Positions 22,491 to 32,161 of a stretch of 64,000 bases of DNA are shown piece by piece (the first letter of the stretch is position 1; the number at the start of each line of letters is the position of its first letter). Where the stretch lies: positions 436,943 through 500,942 of the forward strand of contig OZ025713.1 of the NCBI GenBank assembly GCA_964019335.1. The letters are read 5' to 3'. This DNA comes from Diplonema japonicum. Taxonomy: Eukaryota; Protista; Euglenozoa: Diplonemea. Below the pieces are notes generated by a model, which saw only the letters and a list, made by a program, of their open reading frames with translations, searched no databases and was not told the origin of the DNA. The translations under genes were made by a program, and so were the position numbers.

Positions 22491-24234
22491 AAAAAAAAAA
22501 AGAGACATTTAAGGGTACCTGCGGTATGTGGCAGGACGCCTGAAGAGTCTCAATCTATCTCTTGATCGAACCTTTCTGCTGTGGTGTGGCCTTCGGCCCC
22601 TCGTTCGCCCTCCTCGGTACCTTAGGTATAAAACCCTCAACCGAGTTGGTAAGGACACAATAGTTGTACAGTTGTTTCTCAAGGATGTGGTGGGTCGCCG
22701 GGGAGGCGAATACCGGTCTAGAGGAGTAGCCCCTTATGGAGCCGTTGTAGTAACCCAACGTGCGTAGGGAGTGGACAGAGGCTACCGAAGCAGCTGGAAT
22801 GAGGGGCGCTATGCGCTTATTGGTGTGGATGCGTTCTAGTGCCGCTATCACCCGGCCTATGACACGCACGCTCTCCTGGATGTCCTCACCCTCTCCACAA
22901 GGCGAGAGTCCCTCTGTGGCAATGAAGTCCACGGCCAGCTCAAGCTGGAGACCTGTCCACCTGTTGTGCCCCAGTGAAGGGCCGAGAGCCATCGGATGAC
23001 GTGCGGGAATAGCCGCGGGAGGTACTGTTGCCTCAAACCGTTGTCGTAGTACCACCTCAGTGACCGCGGCTTGAGCAAACTCCCCTTCTCGAAGGGCCTG
23101 TCACAAGTGAACACTGAAGTCCACTGTCTTCTTTCGTGCAAAGGCGAGTTGCAAGTTACCAGTAATCTCCGCCATCATTAGCTGTAACTCAGCTGTTTCC
23201 AGCACGAGTCCCCCCGTCGCAATGCCATGCAGTTGTGTGCACTGGGGCCACTGGTTACGTTGTGCGCATAGTGCCGCCCGCTTCTCGGATGCTGTCCTGA
23301 TGTGCTCGTGTGCCTGACAGTCCCAGAGGGTGTGCTCCAGGAGCCTTGATGTGTGTTGCGAAACGTTGAAAGTAGCATCGCATCCCATGCATTTCGTCCG
23401 CCCCCCGACCGTGTCATTGATGACCTTGGGGTGGAATGGGAAAACGGCCCCCACTATCACCTGTAGCACCCTTCGAGCTTCGGGCGGATTGCGAGTCGCC
23501 AGGTGTAAGTGTAGCCCGTTGGTGGCCTTCTCGTCGATGTTGCCCGTCCCCTGAAAGGAGGGTCTGCTCTCTTCTAGGGCCGTTCGCAGGTGGGCCTTCA
23601 GGAGCTTCCTGACCTCGTGCTTCAGGGCCCTTGGCTCCAGGGGTACCCATTGCCACGCAAACTGTGCCCAGCTGTACCCCAGTTCCCCCAACAGTTCGTG
23701 GGTCTGTCCGAGCATCCCGCAAGGGCCGAGGGGGCTCCCGCCCCGGGCGGCTTCCTTGTACTTGTCCCTGCACGTCTTAACGAGTGCCCTGGACCCTTCG
23801 TCGCTCTGCATCATTCGCGCAAACGTCGTGATTCTGCGGTATGCGGCTGCTGAATAAGGGTCCAGCCTGTGACCTTTGAAAGCCACCCCAAGGAGGGCTC
23901 CCGATGAGCGAGTCGGGTTGTGTGGGCCCCATATGGGAGAGGTAATTTTCTTCCTGAGGGAGTCCAGAAGCGAGTCCGTGGGCGGTGTGTAGAGCACTCC
24001 ATAGAGCGCCGCTGGGAGGATGCAGTCCTCTATCAGTAGAGCCTTACGCGATCTCGTGATGTGGGTTACCGCGAGCCTGTCGACCGCATCCAGCGCCGTG
24101 GCAAACCTAGTGTTCTTCGTTTGGGTGGGCTGCAAGCACACTGTGCACCCCAGCATAGTAATGCTTTTCACTGTTTCAAATACGGTGTCCCTCATTGCCA
24201 GCTTGCCTCTGTATCCCTTCTTTTCCCCGGGTCT
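22491..24234 (-). mobile_element. 5'-truncated non-LTR retrotransposon (post-RT region + CCHC knuckle), frameshifted, T-tailed
   Basis: RKALLIEDCILPAALYG post-RT motif; CMGC...EHTLWDC zinc knuckle; stop at 22555, short 3' UTR, then T-run. Confidence 0.75.
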
Positions 24235-24513
24235 AAAAAAAAGCAAGTAAAAGAAAAGAAAGAATAAGATATTTGTACACACCTGAGCACCTTCCCATAC
24301 ATGAAGTAAAATGCCTGTTGGACCCTCAAAAAAAAAAAAATAGCCAAATCGCCTTTTTCTAGTTTGGCATCGTCATCAGACTGATACTAAAATTCTTCAT
24401 TCTTTTTTTTTTATTATTATCTCCCCCCCTCTTTTTTTTTTTCTCAGAGAAGTTGTAATCGTTTCATATTATATAATCCCCCCTAAACCCCTACCGACCC
24501 CTTACCCCAGGTT

Positions 24514-26505
24514 TCACACATAAACTCCACCTACTGAACATCCTATGTTTTTCCCTCTTGTGAAGGTGTCGGCTTTCTGATGCTTGGAGGGCACCCATTT
24601 TATCGTGAGCCTGGTATTGGCGACTTCAAGCAGGCGGGTTATTGACTGCATAATGTAATCCACTGGTTGGTGCACCACCGATTTAGTACCGCGGATGAGC
24701 TTGACGACTGACATGTTGTCTACTCGGAGGGTGATGGCCCTTGGGTTGCAGGTGCGTATAGCAAAGATGATGCCCTCCCTTGCAGCGAGCAATTCCTTCA
24801 AGAAGATGTCACTAGACTCGGATAGCAGCTGGGAGAAGGTCCCTTGTGCCACATGGGGCTTCGGCAACTCGAGCAGTACTCCCCAGCCCAAGTGAGAGGC
24901 ATCCGTCCACACCTCCAGTTCATCGGGATGCCTCTCTACCTCCGTCATCGGCTCGTCCTGGATATCTTGCAGCACTGACATAGCAGTCAAGGTCAGTTGC
25001 TCATATTCTTCTGCTGTCAGCCTTCTCTGCACGGGAGGTGTTTTTTTCTTTTTTGTTGGTGGTACTTTTGCAGTGGCATATTCCACTACAAAGGATACTA
25101 CGTCTGGCGAAAAATTTAGCAGAGCGTTTTTCACAGATTGCACGTCATTGTTTGTAAAGACCTTCCGTGTTACGTCATCTTTCTTTGACTTGTTCTGAAC
25201 TTGGTTACCAGCTTGTCCATCAGTTTTCGCCAGTATTTGCAGCTTCCTCAGAGATCGGATTTGAGCTTTTGGCAGAGCTTTCTGAGAGCTCAGGCTTTGT
25301 TTTTTTTTAGGCTTCAAACTCAGAACTTCGAGTCGTTTATCCAGAATATATTTAACAGTGTTTGCCTGGTCCCTAAGAGCTGCTTGTTCCTTCGGTTTAG
25401 GTTCTTCTTGGGCTTGCTGTTGTTCCAGATCTGTTGCCTGTTGCATTGCAGCTTTTTTCAGGGTATTCCTCAAATATTTTTCAGTGGTTCGTTGTGCTTT
25501 CTTCAGAGATAGCTGTTTCTTCTGAGTTGCCCGTTTCTTCAGAGCTGCCTGTTTCTTCAGAGCTGCCTGTTTCTTCTGCGTTGCCTGTTTCTTCTGAGTT
25601 GCCCGTTTCTTCTGAGCTTTTGACTGTTTTAATTTAGCTACTTTCTTCCGCAGAGCTTTTGCTGCAGTCTTCGCGGCTTGTTGTTTTTTAGCTTGTTTCT
25701 GTAATTTCAGAGCTTTTGCCTGTTTCTGCTTAATTAGAGCTTTCTTTTGTTTCTGTGTCATTGTGGCTTGTTTCTGTGATTTCTTCTGAGCTTTTGCCTG
25801 TTTCTGCTTAATTAGAGCTTTCTTTTGTTTCTGTGTCTTTGCGGCTTGTTTCTGTGATTTCTTCTGAGCTTTTGCCTGTTTCTTCATTTCAGCTTTTTTC
25901 CGAGTTTGCAGTTCCTCAAGTCGTTTTTTAGCTTCTGCCCGTTTCTTCAGGGCTCGACTTTCTTGTTTATTCAGAACTTGCGCCTGTTTCTTCCGGGCTT
26001 GTCCTTCAGTGTCTTCTAGTACGTTCAGTTGTTCTTTTGGAGCTTTTTTTCGGGCTTGTTGTTGGTTTGTCTGTTGCCTAGCTTTTTCCAGGGCTTGCTG
26101 GTTCTCCGTGGCTTTTGCTAACTGCCGTACTTCTTGTGCTATGGCCTGCGCCCGATCAGTTCTCTTTTGAGCCACACTTTCAGCTGACACAACTTGTTTC
26201 CGTAGTTCAGTCGGATTTGTTTGATCATTTTCTTTCCGTTTTCCAGCCATCACCGGCACTTGGTACACAACGTGCCTCTTTAGAGGTTGTTGTGCAACTT
26301 TTGCCAGTGCATCTTGCAGAGATAGGTTTCCAACTTTCGCCTTCTTTGGAGCTCCTTCAAGGTGCTTGGACAGCCGGGGTTGTAGACTATGAGTCACTTT
26401 TAATGACTCAGCCCTCGTGACCATAGCCGGTTGCTGTTGTTGTACAGGAACCTCAGGTGCCATCGGGGGCCGCCTGGGAACACATCGAAGGATCACCCGT
26501 GCCAT
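24514..26505 (-). CDS. Lys/Ala/Gln-rich protein with C-terminal DIRS-type RNase H (catalytic residues present)
   Basis: VWTDASHLGWG, IFLKELLAA, LRVDNMSVV, WVPSKHQKADTFTRG; first ATG at 26505 (MARVILRC...). Confidence 0.85.
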   Translation of the reverse strand: MARVILRCVPRRPPMAPEVPVQQQQPAMVTRAESLKVTHSLQPRLSKHLEGAPKKAKVGNLSLQDALAKVAQQPLKRHVVYQVPVMAGKRKENDQTNPTELRKQVVSAESVAQKRTDRAQAIAQEVRQLAKATENQQALEKARQQTNQQQARKKAPKEQLNVLEDTEGQARKKQAQVLNKQESRALKKRAEAKKRLEELQTRKKAEMKKQAKAQKKSQKQAAKTQKQKKALIKQKQAKAQKKSQKQATMTQKQKKALIKQKQAKALKLQKQAKKQQAAKTAAKALRKKVAKLKQSKAQKKRATQKKQATQKKQAALKKQAALKKRATQKKQLSLKKAQRTTEKYLRNTLKKAAMQQATDLEQQQAQEEPKPKEQAALRDQANTVKYILDKRLEVLSLKPKKKQSLSSQKALPKAQIRSLRKLQILAKTDGQAGNQVQNKSKKDDVTRKVFTNNDVQSVKNALLNFSPDVVSFVVEYATAKVPPTKKKKTPPVQRRLTAEEYEQLTLTAMSVLQDIQDEPMTEVERHPDELEVWTDASHLGWGVLLELPKPHVAQGTFSQLLSESSDIFLKELLAAREGIIFAIRTCNPRAITLRVDNMSVVKLIRGTKSVVHQPVDYIMQSITRLLEVANTRLTIKWVPSKHQKADTFTRGKNIGCSVGGVYV

Positions 26506-26812
26506 CTTGGTAGTCCTGTGAATGTGAATAGGCTTTGACAAGTGCTGAATGAAATATGGCAATTAGCATACTGCACTTGGTTTGACCTGCTCCATGGAAA
26601 CAAAGCAGATTCCCGTTTGCTGAGGGCATGTGTCTGAGGTATGGTTCGAAGGTGTTCGAGGCAAGAGGCAGAATAAAGACAAATAAGATGGAAGATACTA
26701 AAAGTGAAGGGCAAAAGAGGAAGAAAAAAGGCCTAAAGTGAAAGAAAGAGATAACCCAGGGGAGGATTCCTGGACACCCACACCCAACTCATTTACTTCA
26801 CTTAACTTCACT

Positions 26813-27730
26813 TCACTTCACCACTTCCGTCGAATCAGTTAAAGTGCTCAATCGCTGCTTGAAGGGGGGCATCCACTCCACCGTAAGGTCGGTATCGTTG
26901 ATGCTCAACATGTGAAATATACTCTTTATTATAAGGTTCGCCAGTTTGCTGTGTGCAGAACCCCTGCGAATGTCAGTGATGGCAGCCGCACCTGGGATGA
27001 AGAGGGTGATGGCCTTCGGGTGGTGGGCACGTATAGCAAAAGCAATACTCTCCTTTGCAGCAAGTAGTTCCTTTACATAAATATCATCTGACTCAGAGAG
27101 TAGGCCTGAGAACTTCCCTTGTACCACACGGGGCTTGTGTGCTTCGTGTCCAGGCAGCTCAAGCACCGTCTCCCAGCTGTTCAAACGAGTATGTGTCCAC
27201 ACCACTGCCAGCCTTGTGCCAGTAACGTTCAACTGTGTCACTTGCTTACCACGTCGAAGCATTACTAGAGCGGATTTTGCCTTGTGAGCCAGCTCTTTGT
27301 ACTCGTGTTTTTTTAGCTTTCTGAAGCCTTGTTTCTTCTTTAATCGTGGCCAAGCCTTTCTAGCGTTCAGGGAACCGGGTTTTAAATTGTAACACCGCAG
27401 CACATGCCAGGTTGGCATGAGCCTCCTGTAGCCCCGCCCACTCTGTGGCCGTACCCCAACAACAAGCTGCTGCAGGCGCCGTTTCCATGCCCTCTTCGGG
27501 GCCTTTTTTCCCTTCATGAACAGCATGGTGACTGGGTGCTCAGACAGTGGTCGGGAGCGGGTGCGGCGGTATGCACGGAGCCTAGCTACACGTAGGGTGT
27601 CCACATTGAGAAGGGGTGTGGACGCGGTTTCAGGTGCAGCTGCATCCCGCTCCTCCAGAGCAAGAGGAGGCTCGGGTTCAATGGCCTTTGGCTTTCTAGG
27701 TAACCGCCTTGTCGAAAGGTATCGAAGCAT
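26813..27730 (-). CDS. Paralogue with degenerate DIRS-type RNase H
   Basis: QGKFSGLLSESDDIYVKELLAAKESIAFAIRAHHPKAITL aligns with the neighbouring gene; TDAS->THTR, VDN->IPG, KAD->RLS; ATG at 27730 (MLRYLSTRR). Confidence 0.8.
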   Translation of the reverse strand: MLRYLSTRRLPRKPKAIEPEPPLALEERDAAAPETASTPLLNVDTLRVARLRAYRRTRSRPLSEHPVTMLFMKGKKAPKRAWKRRLQQLVVGVRPQSGRGYRRLMPTWHVLRCYNLKPGSLNARKAWPRLKKKQGFRKLKKHEYKELAHKAKSALVMLRRGKQVTQLNVTGTRLAVVWTHTRLNSWETVLELPGHEAHKPRVVQGKFSGLLSESDDIYVKELLAAKESIAFAIRAHHPKAITLFIPGAAAITDIRRGSAHSKLANLIIKSIFHMLSINDTDLTVEWMPPFKQRLSTLTDSTEVVK

Positions 27731-27884
27731 AACTCTTGTCAGCTTGGGGCATCCTGTCAGGTTGTGAATACGTTTTACACAAGAGAGTAAAGGGAGGGTT
27801 TCACCCAAAGTCAGATTGTAGTAAAATCAAAGCAGCGTTTTTAGGGGATAAGAAATAATATGAGAAAATATAAGAGCTAAAAGA

Positions 27885-28050
27885 AGCTGGTGTTGGTGGT
27901 GCCCTACACAAAACTGTCTGCTTGATTACAGTGGGCACACTGCAGCCGAGTTGTAGCTTCTTCTATGTTCTGCACTGTGTCCTTAATGCATGCAGTGTAA
28001 GTTCAACCCCAGCTACCCAGGTCGACCCAGGTAACCAAGATTCGGCACTT
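27885..28050. repeat. Dispersed repeat family R1 (also 37861-38060, 38130-38400, part at 29000-29100; inverted at 2343-2405 and 10465-10527)
   Basis: Shared ttgtagcttcttct...gtccttaatg...caacccYagc...caggtaaccaagattc. Confidence 0.85.
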
Positions 28051-28232
28051 GTGCAGTTTACTCTGTATGTGTGAAAAAAAAAAAAAAAAAAAAAAAAAAA
28101 AGTGGGGATTGGTTTTTTTACACAGATTAACAAAAAAAAGGGGGGGGTTAAAACCCAACTCACAGCCTTCACGTGGCACCTCCTGTAAGTAAGCTTTGGC
28201 TGAAACCAATGTGAGCTATGGTAAACAAAAAA

Positions 28233-28292
<60 letters not shown>
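28233..28292 (+). repeat. (AAT)n microsatellite
   Basis: About 19-20 perfect AAT units. Confidence 0.97.
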
Positions 28293-28294
<2 letters not shown>

Positions 28295-28552
28295 ACAAGG
28301 GTGAGAGGGTAGGTTTTAAATGATGAGAAGAGTTAACAGAAGGAAGCCAAAGAGAGCAGTAGTGAAAAAGTGAATTGACAAGGGGGGAAAGAGGGAGGAG
28401 AAGCAGACGAAAGGGAAAAGAAACATGCAAGAGTGACACGGGGGTAGGGAACAAGCCCTCCAAGCCAATCCCAAAGCATGGAATAACCCTACACTGCAGA
28501 TCCAAGCTTGAGTACCACCCAACATCAACACTTAGGCACTGCCAAGGCAGAC

Positions 28553-28683
28553 CAGGTGTTGGTCAGTCCCATCCCATCCCCTAAAACGGAATACAGGCCT
28601 GGATGGGAGGACTCGATGGGACTCATGGGACTCTCCCCAACACTGTCATTATTTTTGATTTATTTAAAAAAAGATAGTTTTGC

Positions 28684-28718
<35 letters not shown>

Positions 28719-28995
28719 CCCTTTGGAAAAAAAAAAAAAAAATGGGGGAAAAAAAAAAGAGAAAAAAATCCTTGATTTTTTTTGACATACATGATGTGCT
28801 TACCTTTTTTTTTTTTTTTTCCTTCTTTTTTTCTTGTCTTCTCACATTTTTTCGCACACCTAAGCCAAGCTGTTGTTTCTGCTTTCCACATCAAATGTTG
28901 TATTTGGATGTAATAGAAAAGAGGGGAAATAATAAATAATATGTACAAGAGGAGGGTGTGTATGTTTATACAACCTGTGTAAACAGACTGGTTTC
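28553..28995 (+). mobile_element. Non-autonomous derivative of internal hAT element sequence
   Basis: Homologous to 33131-33363 and 33617-33716. Confidence 0.7.
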
Positions 28996-29511
28996 TTGCT
29001 TTCAGCACTGCGCCCCTAATGTTCAATGTACAGCTCAACCCCTGCATCACACCCATATGCCTGTTTGTTGCACATATTTTCATGTTATCCCCACCCCACC
29101 TGAAAATAATATATAGGATCTCAGCAGCCACCACCACGTGTGTGCACCCACCAACCTCAGTCCATCACACATTTCTTTTCGCTGTCAAAAGGTATGTACC
29201 CCTTGTTGGGTAAAGGGGTTGGCGATTAAGGGTGTTGCTTGGGTTCTCGGGTGGGTCATCTCACGATTCTTGTTCATAACGAACTCATCTTTCGCCTTTT
29301 ACTAAAGATGACCGTGGACATGGATCACTAAGTGATAACGTAATTTTTATAAAGGTCCAGCACCTTTCTTTTTTTTTTTGCACAGAAGACACCTTCACCT
29401 TAAGTAAGGAGAGGAATGTGTTAACCCTTCACGAACGCCTCGTGGCTGTACCCCCGGGTTCCCCTGTCGGCATCTTTTCTTTTCCTTTTTTATTCTCGAG
29501 GGGGGTGAGGA

Positions 29512-30685
29512 TATTTGTACCGCACACTGTGTTTCAAAAGTAAATAGCGATTTGAAAACTAAAAGGTGAAAAAACAACAAGGTGTGCTGATGCACGCTCA
29601 GCCCGCCTCTTCGCACGTCCCAGAGCACATTCCTCTCCTTGTCATGTCCTCGTTGAATAATCGAAGATTACTAATCGTGTTATTGTGTTTAAGACAGACA
29701 TTCGGGTACATATCCATCTTATACTGGATTCTAAGGTTTTCGGGGGTGAGAAACTGAACAAGGTTTCGACTTTAGACAACAAGGGAAATCTCCTACCCCA
29801 AAAAGCAAAAATGGATCACTCAAGGCTATTCGAGATAAAAAATTAAAAAAAAAAAGAAAGATAAAAATAGAAAAAAGAAGCTCCCAAGAAGGGCAGTTAA
29901 AGCGCAGCACTCGGCACGGTTCTGGGCTTCCCCTTGCGGTAGCTGCACACAGACTGTCGCTGTGAGGTGGCCTTGATTGCTTAACCAATGGAAACTAGCG
30001 AGATTTTTTTTCTTTTTTTCTTTTTTAAACCAATGGGGGCGGGGTGGGGCGATTTTTTTCTATGTAAGGTACAACAGAAAACAAAGGAAAGCTGTTCCAA
30101 ATAGCTCAGGAACACTGCGTTGCGGTCAGGAATTAACCTTTTAAGGTTCCTGCATGACTGCAGCACAACGAGTATCCCGGTTCTATTCTAGTTGCAGCAA
30201 GAGCAAACTACCGTCAATCTTGAACTTGCTAGGGGGTCAAACGATTGGGCTACTTTAAAGCGATGGTTGCAAAGCGGCTTTACTGTTTTTGTTTTTTAAA
30301 AAGCTTCATGAAGGGTGGTGGACATTCTGACACAGGTGAACCTGGCAACCCCGTAGGGTTCCTTCATAGGTCTTTGCCGTGAGGTGGCTGTCTTCTGTTT
30401 TATGAGATCGACATTAAGCGAGATAAAAAGTTATTTTTTTTAAATTTAAGTGCAGGGCAAAATAGCAGGGAATACTGCATGGCACCACAGGGAATCAAAC
30501 AGCCATGTATCTGTTCTTATCTTATATCTGATACAGCACCTCGTTATTTGTACCACGCGCACTGTGTTTTGAAATAAGATAAATAAGGTTTTGAAAACTA
30601 AAAAGGGTGTAAAAACAGCAAAGTGTGCTGATGCACGCTCACAGTGCGTCATCCGCCCACCTCTTCGCACGTTCCAGAGCACATA
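29512..30685 (+). repeat. Diverged ~120-140 bp direct repeat pair (29512-29630, 30546-30683)
   Basis: atttgtacc...tgaaaactaaaa...gtgtgctgatgcacgctca...ctcttcgcacgt.ccagagcacat in both. Confidence 0.85.
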
Positions 30686-30879
30686 CCTTCAGTAATTGGA
30701 GATTACTTATCATTTTGTCGTTGGGGGTAGCTCAGGGCAATCTGAATCTAGGTGAGGTGTTGCCCTGGAGCTGCACAACATCCGGGAGTTTTTTTTAATC
30801 CATGATGTTCGTGCAGCGGAATTGTATTTTGCATCTGGTGAGGAAGAAGAGGAAGCTTCACAGAGCTACAGGAATATGT

Positions 30880-31354
30880 GAGTGGGTGTCCTTGATTCAC
30901 TGTGCGTACGACGCAAGGCCACTGTCCCACGAAACTCCTTCAACAAGTCTGGCCTTGTGAAGCTGCTAAAAGAAAAGGGAGAGAAGGAGAAGGCCGTTGA
31001 TACGTTCGGACGGGATGCACGTGCAGAACCTACCCGGGTCGCTGAGGACAAGTCAAGGACACGATGGATCCTACTGGACGGAATCTGTGGGAGGAAAGAA
31101 AAGGAAGATGGAAATTCTTTTCTCACCTAAAGGCTGCGATTGGCGGACAGGGTATACCAGACGGTTTCTTCGTTCTTTCTGACAGACAGAAGGGGCTGGA
31201 GGAGGGTGATAAAAGAAGAAGTCCCCCTGTCATGTGGGCAGATGCATGTATGGCATTTCTTCAAGTAATTTTGTTGAAGCTTAAGAGCAGCAACTGCAAG
31301 AAGTGTAAGTGGCACAATGGCTGCGACACTGTGTATCGGATCGATTCCGAGTAG
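30880..31354 (+). mobile_element. MULE (Mutator) transposase relic
   Basis: WKFFSHLKAAI...FFVLSDRQKGL motif typical of the MULE DDE domain. Confidence 0.65.
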
Positions 31355-31992
31355 ATTGCTTTTTCAGTTTTGGACAAACGTGTTTCTCAATACCCCTCTT
31401 GGTGAAACTGACAGAGGTATGGGTGCCAAACCAACATGCTTCATCATCTTAGCAGATTTAAACTCAACACTGAAGTTAAAACTCATCATCCACCAACTTT
31501 ACAGGTTTCTTGTAAAATTGTTGCTTCAACAAATGTGGGTGGGACTTGAGGGAACACCTTTGAGTTGCGCCTCGTTTTGAGGAACACAACCCGCTTTCAC
31601 GGACAAATGTGTCCCAGTAAAGCAAGTTAAATGTAATCTCTTGACAAGATTGACAACGACCCGATTTGACAGCCAAACGCACCACATCCTTGTGTGTATG
31701 TCTGGCAGTCAGATCAGTTATCAAACAAGCTCAGCAGACGACTTTTCACTACTTAAATATTAGAACTAGAAGAAACTTGGCATGTGGTGCTACCACCCAT
31801 TTTTTTACACCCGTTTTCATTCCTGCAGCTTTTGTAGCCTTTTTTACTGGTGGAAAAGGACAGCCACTCCAACGAAAAGCCCCTGCTGTCACCAATTCTG
31901 TCCAGAAATCCTCGTATCTTCCACAACACATCACCGTTTGACTCTTCTGTGTGAGTGAAGTAGAGGCTAGTACGTCTCCTGGGCATCGTCTA

Positions 31993-32161
31993 GTGTTTGT
32001 GAAGACGAAAGCAGGAGTTCACGATTTGGAGGTGGCTGGGACGGAGACAGTGGGGAACCTGTACAGGAAGGCGGGGTGTGCTGTGGTTTGCTGAATGGGA
32101 TGTTCAAACTAGTTTGGGAGAAGGAGGTCCTGAGCAGGTTCAGGGATGAGGATGTTCAGGG
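31993..32161 (+). pseudogene. UBL-domain fragment paralogous to the UBL-LRR N-terminus
   Basis: VFVKTKAGVHDLEVAGTETVGNLYRKAGCA, 1-nt deletion, then GLLNGMFKLVWEKEVLSRFRDEDVQ; cut by the hAT TIR. Confidence 0.85.

Noticed and set aside
24478-24510. Telomere-like ccctaa-type run
   Set aside because: Too short and degenerate
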